Assembly: GCA_016196035.1 (NCBI GenBank) | Contig: JACPYM010000099.1 | Location: 869-64,868, forward strand | Direction of reading: 5' to 3' | From: Acidobacteriota bacterium | GTDB lineage: Bacteria; Acidobacteriota; Blastocatellia; RBC074 | DNA length: 64,000 bases | Shown here: piece after piece, positions 36,752-46,510 of the stretch | Position numbering within the stretch: position 1 is the first letter of the stretch | How the letters are laid out: every line of letters starts with the position of its first letter | Notes under the pieces: model-generated | What the model was told of the DNA's origin: nothing | The model's database searches: none | The model's input: the letters and a program-made list of their open reading frames with translations, nothing else | Translations under genes and position numbers: made by a program

Positions 36752-37523
36752 TCAAAGCTTGAATTTCTCACCCAGATAAACCCGGCGAACCTCGGCATCT
36801 TCGGCTAATTCGCGGGGCGAACCGGCCCGGAAGATTTGACCTTCGCTGATGATATAGGCCCGATCCACAATCGAGAGCGTCTCACGCACATTATGATCGG
36901 TAATCAGCACGCCGATGCCTTTATCCCGCAACCGCAAGACCAGTTGTTGCAAATCATCAATCGCAATCGGATCAATGCCAGCGAAAGGCTCATCCAACAG
37001 CATAATCGTTGGCCTGGTCGTCAGGCTGCGCGCAATTTCCGTGCGCCGCCGTTCGCCCCCCGACAGCACATAACCTTTGCTGCGCCGCACATGACTCAAA
37101 TGAAATTCTTCGATCAGTTCTTCCAGCCGCGCCTGCCGTTCCTCATTGGTCATTTTGACGTATTGCAAGATCGCCAGAATGTTCTGTTCGACAGTCAGTT
37201 TGCGAAAGACCGAAGGTTCCTGGGGCAGGTAACCCATACCCGCCCGCGAACGTTTATGCATCGGCAACCGGGTGATGTCCTGCTCCCCCAGTAAAATCCG
37301 TCCGGCGTCCGGCCGTTCCAAGCCGACGATCATATAAAACGTCGTCGTCTTGCCCGCGCCGTTCGGCCCTAACAAGCCGACGATTTCGCCGGGGCCGCAC
37401 CGCCAGGGAAACATTATCCACGACCACTCGCCCGCGATAGACTTTGCGCAGATTTTCAGCGATGAGCGCGTCCGCGAGGGAAACCGTCTTGGGGTGATTG
37501 AGAGCGCCATTCGTATGAGCCAC
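36752..37523 (-). pseudogene. lptB: LPS export ABC transporter ATP-binding protein LptB, with an apparent +1 frameshift in a G4 homopolymer at 37391-37394.
   Basis: The N-terminal 44 codons (..[25 protein letters not shown]) are in one frame. The rest ([20 protein letters not shown]... LSGGERRR... [11 protein letters not shown]... [10 protein letters not shown]... VYLGEKFKL) is in the -1 frame. Removing one G from gggg (37391-37394) restores a full-length LptB. Confidence 0.8.
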
Positions 37524-37785
37524 GAGTTCCGCTGGGGCCGCGCTTGTTTCGTTCACCTGCGCCGTTCTAAACAACCTAAAAAACAATCCGCTGTCCTCTC
37601 TGCTTTATTCGTCTACCGAGTGTTTTTAGCTACTGTGCTAAAGCCCTTGCCTTGCCTTGCCTGCCGCCTCGCCCTACGCCAGGGCAAGCTCGGGAAAATT
37701 CCCGGTGTGTGGTTGCGTGGGTTTGCCCGACTGCTTCCGTGTGAATGGATTCAAAACTGGAAGGCACGGCATCACGCGGTTGCTG

Positions 37786-40101
37786 TTAACGCTGTATTCG
37801 ATGGGTTGTTTTCACGCGTTTCGTGCCGCTCACATCATCGGCTTCAATCCTAGCATCGCGTAAATGGAGCGTCAATCGGGCGCCTTTTGTCGTCACTTCG
37901 CGCTCGCGGTCTTCCACTTGCGCCAGGTTGCCGGTCAGCACCGCCGCATCATCGGCTGCCGTATACACCAGCAAATCGCCCTGTCCGCGCCGCTGCGGTT
38001 GTGTCAACACGACCTCGCGGGTCGCCGTCATTTTGGATAATTTATTTTCCTGATCCATCAATGCATCTGCCACCGCCGCATCAATCTGGTCGCTGCCCTG
38101 CCGGATTTTCACTTTGCCTTCGTAATGCGCGGTGCGCGATTCATCGGCATAATCCAGCTTTTCGGCGCTGACAAAGACGGGGACGATTTCTTTCTTCCCC
38201 TTCTCAATTTCCCGTTCCATACCATAAAACGCCGATTGGACGTTCCCCCAAGCGTGCATGGCGCGTTCGCCCTTGTCCAACTCCATGTTGTCACCGCGCA
38301 CAAAATCGTCATCCTGCCAGGCGCGCGCATTGCCCAGATAGCGCGCCGCCCCCTCGCGATGCCGCACCACGGCGCGGTCGGCGGCAATCGTCACAGGTGC
38401 TTTGCTTTTCTTAAAAGGCGCCGCGCCGCCGGTCGTTTCGCGGCTGTAATAGGTCGTGCGCACATGCCCCCGCGCCTGGCTCTCGCCCGTGTCCAGGTTC
38501 GCGTCAATCTCATCCGCATTTGTGCGCGCAGTAGCATCCCACAACAAGGGCTTGCCACGCATGGCGACCGTTTGCGTCGCGGCTTCATAAACACCGCGCG
38601 CCGCCGTGGCATTGCGGTCGCCATCGGTATATTTGACCTCACCCTCGGCGGTGAGATCGGTGATTTCCTGCGTCTGCTGCTGCAGATTGGCGGTCAGCTT
38701 CTGGCCGTTCAAGGTGCGGTTGCCTTGCTTCACGGGATTGGCCTTATCTTTGCTTTTTGCTGCATCTTTGCTGACTTCTGGCGCAACTTGTAAGGGTTCG
38801 AATTCGGCTACGGCATTGCCGTCCGCGACAAAGGTCTTGATGGCGTTGCCGGTTTCGAAATAGTCCACGTTGAATTTGGCGGCGTGCAGCTTCTGCCGTT
38901 CGGATTTCGGCGTCACCAGCAACGGCGTAATCGTCAACCAGGCATTCCCATTGGCTTCGGCGCGTTGCAAAAATCTGCCGTCCGCCGAAAAGGTGGTCTG
39001 CACGGCATCGGCTTCCAAGACCCGCTCGGCGCTTTTGGCGGGTTGCTTGGCGTTCATTTCGACCATCTTCAACACGGTGCGGCCTTGGGTCGAAGTGGAT
39101 TGCAAATTGCTGCCTTGGGGTGAAGGCGCATAAAGCGCTTCGACGCGCTCGGCGCTCAATTCGCGCGGCGCGTCCGGTTCCAGCGAGCGCGCTGTGGCTG
39201 CACCCACAGCCACGGCCTTCGTCAACTGTTGCTCGCCGTCAAAAAAGAAATCCATATCACGGGCTTGGGCCTCGGCCTGGTTGCCCTTCCGCCCATCTTT
39301 CAAAAAGGAATTCCCGCGCAATTCGATGCGCTCCAGTTTTTTCTTGGTCGCCGCATCCAGAAAGCCATTCATCGCGTCGGCGCGCCCTTCCTGCGTGCCC
39401 TGCGACACGACGACCGCGCCTTCAAACCGGATCAAGCCTTTGACACCATCGTAACCGCCCCAGCCGCCGCGCACTTCAACCGGCGGCCCGCCCTTCCCTT
39501 TTTCGACATGCTCTTTGACCAAATGCGCATCCTTGCTCAGATCAATCACCTTCGTCTGCGCATAAAAGACTGCGCCGATGGATGAGCCGCTCATCTCGCC
39601 ACGTTTGAATTGCACCGCCACATCGGTGGCCGCGACTTGTTTGATCTGGTTGTAATTGAGTTTCTCGCTGGTGACTTCCAATCCTTCGGCATCGGTCATT
39701 TTGACGTGCCCGGTGAATTGCGCCTCACCTTCCTGCTGGCGATAGACGCCATGATCGGCCACGATCTGAGCTTTCTCTTTGCCATCGGTCGCATAGGCAA
39801 TCAAGGTCAACTGCTCCAATTCGTGCCGCCCATCGGAATACGCCGTGTCACGCGCCGCTTTCACGCGGTAACTGGGCTTGCCCTCGGCTGTCACTACGTA
39901 ATCGTAGCCTTCCGTTACCGAAATCACTTGCGCGCCCAGGCTCGGCGCAGGGGGTGGGGGTAATTTCGGGGCGGGTTTGCGCACGCCCCGCACAAAAGCC
40001 GTGACTATCACCCCGATAATTACCAGCAGCACCGTCATGGACAGCGTTTGCAAAATCCGCTTACGGTACAACGTCAACCAGTTGCTCATCGAATTTGCCA
40101 T
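37786..40101 (-). CDS. Membrane-anchored periplasmic protein with several LptA/LptC (OstA-N)-like modules; putative extended LPS-transport bridge protein.
   Basis: 771 aa with an N-terminal TM anchor. Repeated blocks resemble the LptA jellyroll motifs (FTGHVKMTD; IRFEGAVVVSQGT compared with FTGNVIVTQGT; AAVLTGNLAQVEDRE compared with VVLTGNAYLQQVDSN). Sits immediately upstream of lptB. Confidence 0.5.
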   Translation of the reverse strand: MANSMSNWLTLYRKRILQTLSMTVLLVIIGVIVTAFVRGVRKPAPKLPPPPAPSLGAQVISVTEGYDYVVTAEGKPSYRVKAARDTAYSDGRHELEQLTLIAYATDGKEKAQIVADHGVYRQQEGEAQFTGHVKMTDAEGLEVTSEKLNYNQIKQVAATDVAVQFKRGEMSGSSIGAVFYAQTKVIDLSKDAHLVKEHVEKGKGGPPVEVRGGWGGYDGVKGLIRFEGAVVVSQGTQEGRADAMNGFLDAATKKKLERIELRGNSFLKDGRKGNQAEAQARDMDFFFDGEQQLTKAVAVGAATARSLEPDAPRELSAERVEALYAPSPQGSNLQSTSTQGRTVLKMVEMNAKQPAKSAERVLEADAVQTTFSADGRFLQRAEANGNAWLTITPLLVTPKSERQKLHAAKFNVDYFETGNAIKTFVADGNAVAEFEPLQVAPEVSKDAAKSKDKANPVKQGNRTLNGQKLTANLQQQTQEITDLTAEGEVKYTDGDRNATAARGVYEAATQTVAMRGKPLLWDATARTNADEIDANLDTGESQARGHVRTTYYSRETTGGAAPFKKSKAPVTIAADRAVVRHREGAARYLGNARAWQDDDFVRGDNMELDKGERAMHAWGNVQSAFYGMEREIEKGKKEIVPVFVSAEKLDYADESRTAHYEGKVKIRQGSDQIDAAVADALMDQENKLSKMTATREVVLTQPQRRGQGDLLVYTAADDAAVLTGNLAQVEDREREVTTKGARLTLHLRDARIEADDVSGTKRVKTTHRIQR

Positions 40102-40293
40102 CGTACTGAAGATTATACCCCATCAGGGGACAGTTACCGTTGGCAGTTGGCAGTTGGCAGTTGGCGATTGGCGATTTGTCGAGTTTTAACCCCAGGCAAT
40201 TTGCCGTAAAGAAAAAAGCGGCGTTTAAGCAGCACCTGCCAACTGCCAACTAACTACCGGCCATTGCATTTCAATGCTACAGTGCCGCCCGCT

Positions 40294-41304
40294 ATGAAAC
40301 CTCGCGTCTTCGTCACTCGTCGCCTTCCTGAACCAGCGCTCATGCGCTTGAGCCAAGCCTGTGAGTATCGCATCGGTACAGAACACGGCGTCTTGGACCG
40401 CGCAGCCCTGCTGGCCGGCGTCCGCGATGCCGAAGGGTTGATCTGCCTACTCACCGACACGATTGATCGCGCGGTGATCGAGGCGGGCCGCCAGTTACGC
40501 ATCATCGCCAATGTCGCGGTCGGCTACAACAACATTGATGTCGCCTATGCCAAACAGCGCGGCCTGATCGTCACCAACACACCGGATGTGCTGACCGATG
40601 CCACAGCGGATTTGACCTGGGCGCTCATCCTGGCCGTCACGCGCCGCCTTGTCGAAGCCGACCAATTCACGCGCGCGGGCAGATTTGACGGCTGGGATTT
40701 CGACATGCTGCTGGGCGCGGGCTTGACCGGCAAAACGCTGGGCGTTATCGGCTTTGGGCGTATCGGCAAGGCCGTCGGACGCCGCGCCGTAGGCTTTGGC
40801 ATGCAGATCATCTATTGCGGCAGTGACGAAATCGCCTATCGCGACGACCCCTCGCACGCCCGGCTTTCGACACCACCCCACAGCACGCCCAAGTGGCGTT
40901 CAGACAGTTTCGCCCCGCGCCGCGTCAGCTTCGACCAACTGCTGCAACAATCCGACGTCATCAGCTTGCACGTGCCCCTGGCCGCCACCACCAAACACCT
41001 GCTCGACGCCGCCGCCTTCGCCCAGATGAAACCCGGCGCCTATCTCATTAACACCGCGCGCGGCCCCATCGTAGACGAAGCCGCTCTCGTAGCCGCCTTG
41101 CAAGGCGGGCACCTGGCAGGCACGGGGCTGGATGTTTATGAGCGCGAACCGGAAATTCACCCGGCTTTATTCTCCCTGCCCAACGTCGTCTTGCTGCCGC
41201 ACATCGGCAGCGCCACATGCGAAACGCGCACCGCGATGGCTATGCTGGCAGTCGAAAACACGATTGACGTGCTGACTGGCAAAGCGCCCCGCACACCGGT
41301 TTGA
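40294..41304 (+). CDS. D-isomer-specific 2-hydroxyacid dehydrogenase (glyoxylate/hydroxypyruvate reductase-like).
   Basis: NAD-binding GxGxxG (LGVIGFGRIGKAVGRRA) plus the catalytic-domain consensus. ATG at 40294. Confidence 0.8.
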   Translation: MKPRVFVTRRLPEPALMRLSQACEYRIGTEHGVLDRAALLAGVRDAEGLICLLTDTIDRAVIEAGRQLRIIANVAVGYNNIDVAYAKQRGLIVTNTPDVLTDATADLTWALILAVTRRLVEADQFTRAGRFDGWDFDMLLGAGLTGKTLGVIGFGRIGKAVGRRAVGFGMQIIYCGSDEIAYRDDPSHARLSTPPHSTPKWRSDSFAPRRVSFDQLLQQSDVISLHVPLAATTKHLLDAAAFAQMKPGAYLINTARGPIVDEAALVAALQGGHLAGTGLDVYEREPEIHPALFSLPNVVLLPHIGSATCETRTAMAMLAVENTIDVLTGKAPRTPV

Positions 41305-41555
41305 ATGCGAAGTGCGGAATCTCCAATTTCAAATCTCAAATTCGAGCGTTTACGCCAGCCCAATCCATTCCAGACTCCGCATTCCGTATTCGTGTCAGCC
41401 AAACCTGTCGCCTGTCGGCCAAACACGCCGCTGACATTTGCATCCCGCCAACTGCAACCGCAAGAATGCTGGACTTAGAATTCGCTGTAAGCTGGCACTT
41501 CAATTGCACTGCTGCGGACACCCCCTGGAATTGGTTGACCCGTAAGTTTGCAGAG

Positions 41556-42479
41556 ATGATGAAACAGATTGAACGCATTACCCTGATTTACAACCCGACG
41601 GCGGGCGCGCTGCGCCGTAATCCGACGATCATCAATCGCCTGGTGGCGGCGCTTGAAGCGCGGCATCTGGCGGTTACCTTATCGCCCACCAAACGCGCCT
41701 ATCACGCGACCGAACTTGCCCGTGAAGCCGTCCGCGCCCAGGCCGATTGCGTCTTGGTCTGCGGCGGCGACGGCACCATCAACGAAGCGGTGCAAGCCCT
41801 GGTCGGCACTGACACAGCCCTCGCTATCTGGCCCGGCGGCACGGCCAATGTGTTGGCCAAAGAGTTGCGCCTGCCCAACGACCCCGACGCCACGGCGGCG
41901 CTGATCACGCAGCAACACGTGCGCGCCATCAGCGTCGGCAAAGCAGTCAAACCCGCAGGCGATCAAACCCCGGATTGGGAACGTTATTTCCTGGTGATGG
42001 CTGGTATAGGGCTGGACGCGACGATTGTGCAGAACGTGGATTTGAAATTGAAAAAACGGCTGGGCACCGGCGCTTACCTGGCCGCCGGGCTGGGCTTTCT
42101 GGCGCGGCTGCCGCTGACGCCGTTCTCGATCACCTTTAACGGTCAACGGCACGCGAGCACTTTCGCCGTCATCTCGAACGCGGCGAATTACGCATCTATG
42201 TTTTCGCTGACACCGGATGCGCGCCTGACCGATGACCGTTTTAAGGTCTGCCTGTTCAATTCGCAAAGCCGCCTGGCCTATCTGGGTTACGCGCTCTTGA
42301 GCACGGCGGGCCGTCACATTCACACGAGCGGCGTCACGTATGAAGCGGCGCAATACATCAGCGCCAATTCCAACAACGCCGCCCTGGTGCAATTGGATGG
42401 CGAAGTTGCCGGGCACTTGCCGATGCGTTTTGAAAATCTGCCGCAGGCGTTGCGCGTGGTCGCGCCGCCACAGCAGTGA
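41556..42479 (+). CDS. Diacylglycerol-kinase catalytic domain (YegS/LCB5-like) lipid kinase.
   Basis: ATG at 41556. LIYNPTAG ... VLVCGGDGTINEAV is the DAGK_cat signature. Confidence 0.8.
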   Translation: MMKQIERITLIYNPTAGALRRNPTIINRLVAALEARHLAVTLSPTKRAYHATELAREAVRAQADCVLVCGGDGTINEAVQALVGTDTALAIWPGGTANVLAKELRLPNDPDATAALITQQHVRAISVGKAVKPAGDQTPDWERYFLVMAGIGLDATIVQNVDLKLKKRLGTGAYLAAGLGFLARLPLTPFSITFNGQRHASTFAVISNAANYASMFSLTPDARLTDDRFKVCLFNSQSRLAYLGYALLSTAGRHIHTSGVTYEAAQYISANSNNAALVQLDGEVAGHLPMRFENLPQALRVVAPPQQ

Positions 42480-42505
42480 CGCGCAACTGTTCAACTGAGG
42501 AAACT

Positions 42506-43951
42506 ATGCTTTATCGAATACTCTCTTCCTTGGAAAGCTCCTTCATCGCGGTCTATTACGCCGCGCAATACCTGACCCCCGCGAATGTGCGGGGCGCGGT
42601 GCAGACGGCCCTGCACTTCAAATCTCAAATCTCAAATCTCAAATCCGCCAATCAAGCAACGCGCAAAGCCAAGCTCGAACGGCTCGCATTATTCTTGTGC
42701 GCGCTGTTACTCTGCACCGGCTCCGCTTTCGGTCAAGCGCCCAATCAAACGGCCACCGCCTCCACAGGCGCAGCGCCCGTGACGACCACGCTTACGCCCG
42801 CCGCCTTATCCGTTGAACTCAAAACCTTGCGCGATGAAGGCAATGCGGCGCTCTTCAACATTGATTACGCCACCGCGCGCACCAAATTTGAAGAGATTCG
42901 CAAGCTGGCTCCGCAACACCCGGCCGGCGATCTGTATCTTTCAATTGCGACCTGGCTCGAATACCTCTACCGCAACCGCCGCCTGCAAACCAGCCTCTAC
43001 AATTCCGACTCCAGCTTTTACGCCGGGGCCGAAAACGCCAAAGAGGAAACCGAAGGCGATGCCGTTGATCCGGCCGTAGACAAAGCCTTCCGCGACCGCA
43101 TTCAGCAGGCCAAGCTCAAAGCCCTGACGCTGTTCAACCGCGACAAAAAAGACCCTGATGCGCTTTATTTCCTCGGTGCCGTACACGGCGTGCTGGCCGG
43201 GTATGAAGCCTCGACCGCGCGCAAGTTTTTCGCCGCCATGCGCAACGGTTCACGCAACGTAGACCTGCACCAAAAGGTCATCGAATTGAAGCCCGATTAT
43301 TACGACGCCTATCTCGCCGTCGGCACCTATCACTACATCCTGGGCACGCTGCCGTTTTATATGAAAGCTCTCGCAGCCATCGGTGGCATGCGCGGCAACA
43401 AACAAAAAGGCATCGCCGAGATGCAAACCGTCGTCGAGAAAGGCAACAACTCCGATGACGCCAGCGTGTTGTTGCTGGCCGTTTTCCAAAACGAAAAACG
43501 CCCGCAAGACGCGCTCGCCATTCTGCAACGCCTGAGCGCCAAGTATCCGCGCAACTATCTCTTCCGGCTCGAAACCGCCGCCACGCTGGTTGAGTTGAAG
43601 CGCCACGATGACGCTTATGCGCAGTTTGAAAGCCTGCTCAAAGATGAATCCGCCGCCGCTGTGGCCGACCTCGTCCATTTCAAATACGGCGAAGCCCTCG
43701 CCGCTAATCAGCAACACCCACGCGCCGCCGCGCAATTCCTGGCCGTGCCAACCATCAAGACCGCCCAAGCCGACCTCGCCACGATTGCCCTGTTGCGCGC
43801 CGGGCAGGTTTACGATCTGGCTGGGAAACGCGACGAGGCGCTTACGCAATACAAGGCCGTGCTGGCGCGGCCTAACGTTTATGACTCGCGGGCACAGGCG
43901 GAACGCGGGTTGAAGCAGGCGTATGTGGTGAAGGAGAAGAAGGGCGAGTAA
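42506..43951 (+). CDS. Secreted TPR-like repeat protein; the 5' end contains a (CAAATCT)4 heptamer repeat.
   Basis: ATG at 42506 with GAGGAAA RBS. Hydrophobic signal-like segment LALFLCALLLCTGSAFGQAP, then a helical repeat-rich sequence. The start is uncertain (a GTG at 42476 is also possible). Confidence 0.55.
   Translation: MLYRILSSLESSFIAVYYAAQYLTPANVRGAVQTALHFKSQISNLKSANQATRKAKLERLALFLCALLLCTGSAFGQAPNQTATASTGAAPVTTTLTPAALSVELKTLRDEGNAALFNIDYATARTKFEEIRKLAPQHPAGDLYLSIATWLEYLYRNRRLQTSLYNSDSSFYAGAENAKEETEGDAVDPAVDKAFRDRIQQAKLKALTLFNRDKKDPDALYFLGAVHGVLAGYEASTARKFFAAMRNGSRNVDLHQKVIELKPDYYDAYLAVGTYHYILGTLPFYMKALAAIGGMRGNKQKGIAEMQTVVEKGNNSDDASVLLLAVFQNEKRPQDALAILQRLSAKYPRNYLFRLETAATLVELKRHDDAYAQFESLLKDESAAAVADLVHFKYGEALAANQQHPRAAAQFLAVPTIKTAQADLATIALLRAGQVYDLAGKRDEALTQYKAVLARPNVYDSRAQAERGLKQAYVVKEKKGE
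42619..42646. repeat. (CAAATCT)4 heptamer tandem repeat inside the annotated 5' coding region of the TPR gene.
   Basis: Four perfect units. A degenerate copy lies upstream of the lipid kinase gene at 41322-41345. Confidence 0.85.
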
Positions 43952-44105
43952 TTATCTAGCGCAGTCCCGCCTATGAACGTAAGTGGGACTGCATTCACAT
44001 ATTGATCATCTTCGATTGCTCCCGTCACTAACTCAGCCCTATACTCCTCGCCGTTCCCGACCGTTCTCCACAAACACAAGGCAAAAGCTGAAAGGAAAAC
44101 ATTCG

Positions 44106-44546
44106 ATGGCAAAACGCATCTGCTTGGTTCTAACTTGTCTCGCATTCGTCCTGCTCACCGGCTTCGCCCAAACCCAAAACCCGCCCGCGCAAGAACCAGC
44201 CCCAGACGTAGCGGGCGCTTGGACGGGCGTCTGGTCTTCTTACAACCCAGCGCAAGGCGGCAGCACGCCCAAGGATTTGTGCAAGAACCTGTCGGCCAAG
44301 ATCGAGCAAAAAGACGGCGTCTGGCTGGCCGTGTTTGAAGGCGATTGCGGGCGGCCCTATAAATACTCGATCAAAATGGAAGGCCGCCAGATCGGCAAGG
44401 TCGTGCTCTTCACGGGCACCACCGATCTCGGCAAGCAGGATGGCGGCGTTTACGATTGGATTGGCCGCGCGAATGAGAAAGAGTTCGTCGGCTTCTTTAC
44501 CAGCGCGTTTTACACCGGCACGTTTAATCTGAGCCGGGCCAAATGA
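44106..44546 (+). CDS. Small secreted protein of unknown function (146 aa).
   Basis: ATG at 44106 with AAAGGAAA RBS and signal peptide MAKRICLVLTCLAFVLLTGFAQT. Confidence 0.6.
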   Translation: MAKRICLVLTCLAFVLLTGFAQTQNPPAQEPAPDVAGAWTGVWSSYNPAQGGSTPKDLCKNLSAKIEQKDGVWLAVFEGDCGRPYKYSIKMEGRQIGKVVLFTGTTDLGKQDGGVYDWIGRANEKEFVGFFTSAFYTGTFNLSRAK

Positions 44547-44564
44547 ATAACGTGGCAGTAACCC

Positions 44565-44625
44565 GCGCGTGAGCAAGGGCTGCTTTTAGTCACTACAGCC
44601 CTTGCTCACGCGCGGACTACTGCAC
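44565..44625. repeat. Short variant of the MITE-like palindrome (cgcgcgtgagcaagggctg...cagcccttgctcacgcgcg); probably acts as a terminator hairpin.
   Basis: 19-bp perfect inverted repeat sharing the GCGCGTGAGCAAG core with the elements at 6757 and 23650. Confidence 0.7.
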
Positions 44626-44663
44626 GATTCAACGCTGCCTTTGCCTCGCCCTGCCTTTTCGCT

Positions 44664-46232
44664 ATGATGGCCGCCGTTATGGCAAATGTAATTTTGAAAA
44701 AGAGACCTGTCGCACTCATCATCCTGGATGGCTTCGGCTACTCGCCCAAAACCGAAGGCAACGCCATCGCGCTGGCAAACACGCCACACCTGGATCAATA
44801 CCTGGCAAAATACCAACACACGTTAATCGAAGGCTCCGGCGAGCGCGTCGGCCTGCCCTGCGGCCAGTTCGGCAATTCCGAAGTCGGCCACATGAACATG
44901 GGCGCGGGCCGCGTCGTTCAGATGGACATCACCCGCATTGACGAAGCGATCAACCAAGGCACGTTCTTTGAAAACCCGACGCTCTGCGCGGCGGTGGATG
45001 CTGGCAAGGCTTCGGCACTGCATTTGTTCGGGCTGGTATCGGATGGCGGCGTGCATTCGATAGACAAGCACGTTTTCGCCTTGTTGCAACTGGCAGCCCA
45101 GCGCGGCGTCGAGAACGTCTTCGTCCACGGCTTTACCGATGGCCGCGACACAGCGCCTAATTCGGGCAAACGCTATGTCGGCGAATTGCTGGCCAAGATG
45201 CGCGAGATTGGCGTAGGCCGCGTCGCCAGCATCTGCGGCCGCTATTACGCGATGGATCGCGACAACCGCTGGGAACGGGTGCAACGCGCTTACAACATGC
45301 TGACCAAAGGCGAAGGCCAGCGCGCCACCGATCCGTTGGAGGCGATTCAGGAATCTTATGACAATGGCGTAACCGACGAATTTATCGAACCGACCGTCAT
45401 CACAAACGCGGACGGCACGCCTGTCGCGACAGTCAAAGCCGGTGATTCGGTGATCTTCTTTAACTTTCGTGCCGACCGTGCGCGGCAATTGACGCGGGCC
45501 TTCACGGGGTTGAACTTCGATGGCTTTGAGCGCGAACTCATTCCCAATTTGCATTACGCCACGTTCACGCAATACGACCGCTCGTTCAACACGCCGATTG
45601 TCTTTCCGCCCATCTCGCTGCAACACATTTTGGCGGATGTCTTCGCTAAACTTGCTGTCACGAACATGCGCATTGCCGAGACTGAGAAGTACGCGCACGT
45701 CACCTACTTTTTCAACGGCGGCATCGAATCGCCCTTCCCCTTTGAAAGCCGCGTGCTGGTGCCTTCGCCGAAGGTGGCGACCTACGATCTGCAACCGGAA
45801 ATGAGCGCGGCCAAGGTGGCCGACCAGATTTGCCGGGCGCTGGATGCGAATGAAACCGATGCTTACGTCATCAACTTCGCCAACGCCGATATGGTCGGGC
45901 ACACCGGCAACCTAAAAGCCGCCATCGAAGCCGTCGAAGTGTTGGACAATTGCCTGGGCGATGTCGTCGGCGCCATCGAACAACACGGCGGCGCGGCCCT
46001 CATCACCGCCGACCACGGCAATTGCGAACAGATGATTGACCCCGAAACCGGGGGCCCGCACACCGCGCACACCAACAATCCGGTGCCGTTCATCGTGTGC
46101 GACAAAACCTTCAAAGGCGCATTGCGCGATGGGGGTGCGTTGGAAGATGTCGCGCCGACGCTGTTGGAATTGTTGGGCTTGGAACAACCGGCGGAGATGA
46201 CGGGCAAGAGTTTGCTGGTGCACAAGAGCTGA
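44664..46232 (+). CDS. gpmI: 2,3-bisphosphoglycerate-independent phosphoglycerate mutase.
   Basis: [14 protein letters not shown]... shows the typical iPGM N-terminus and full length. The start is ambiguous between ATGs at 44664, 44667 and 44679. Confidence 0.9.
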   Translation: MMAAVMANVILKKRPVALIILDGFGYSPKTEGNAIALANTPHLDQYLAKYQHTLIEGSGERVGLPCGQFGNSEVGHMNMGAGRVVQMDITRIDEAINQGTFFENPTLCAAVDAGKASALHLFGLVSDGGVHSIDKHVFALLQLAAQRGVENVFVHGFTDGRDTAPNSGKRYVGELLAKMREIGVGRVASICGRYYAMDRDNRWERVQRAYNMLTKGEGQRATDPLEAIQESYDNGVTDEFIEPTVITNADGTPVATVKAGDSVIFFNFRADRARQLTRAFTGLNFDGFERELIPNLHYATFTQYDRSFNTPIVFPPISLQHILADVFAKLAVTNMRIAETEKYAHVTYFFNGGIESPFPFESRVLVPSPKVATYDLQPEMSAAKVADQICRALDANETDAYVINFANADMVGHTGNLKAAIEAVEVLDNCLGDVVGAIEQHGGAALITADHGNCEQMIDPETGGPHTAHTNNPVPFIVCDKTFKGALRDGGALEDVAPTLLELLGLEQPAEMTGKSLLVHKS

Positions 46233-46252
46233 TTGCGTAAGGAGGTAAAGCG

Positions 46253-46510
46253 ATGAGCACGGCGGAAAAAGAGCTTTTGAAAAGTGACATTGAACGGCAA
46301 CGCGAAGCCTTGTGGCGCAGGCTTACCATCCCGCCACCGGAAGAGGTTTACTTGCATCCGCCCGAAGGCAACCCTGAAAGGGCGCTCGCGTTGTTGGAGC
46401 AATGGTGCACAGAAGACGATGCTGATGAACCGCAAGCGGAAACGTGGGAATACCTCAAACGCGTGTTGGATGAAGACCGGCTCTCGCCTGACAGAAAGTT
46501 GTTTCCATGA
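46253..46510 (+). CDS. Putative antitoxin (85 aa, acidic) of a type II TA pair with the downstream PIN protein.
   Basis: Small ORF whose stop overlaps the PIN gene start (ATGA at 46507-46510). No family recognised by eye. Confidence 0.45.
   Translation: MSTAEKELLKSDIERQREALWRRLTIPPPEEVYLHPPEGNPERALALLEQWCTEDDADEPQAETWEYLKRVLDEDRLSPDRKLFP

Noticed and set aside
38125-38793. Plus-strand ORFs (38125-38793 and others) inside the LptA-like gene.
   Set aside because: Antisense high-GC artefacts. The minus-strand product shows repeated LptA-like motifs and the correct genomic context.
44823-45902. 359-aa minus-strand ORF opposite gpmI, and the 242-aa ORF 45863-46591.
   Set aside because: gpmI is unambiguous on the plus strand. 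The antisense ORFs have no domain features and are arginine-rich.
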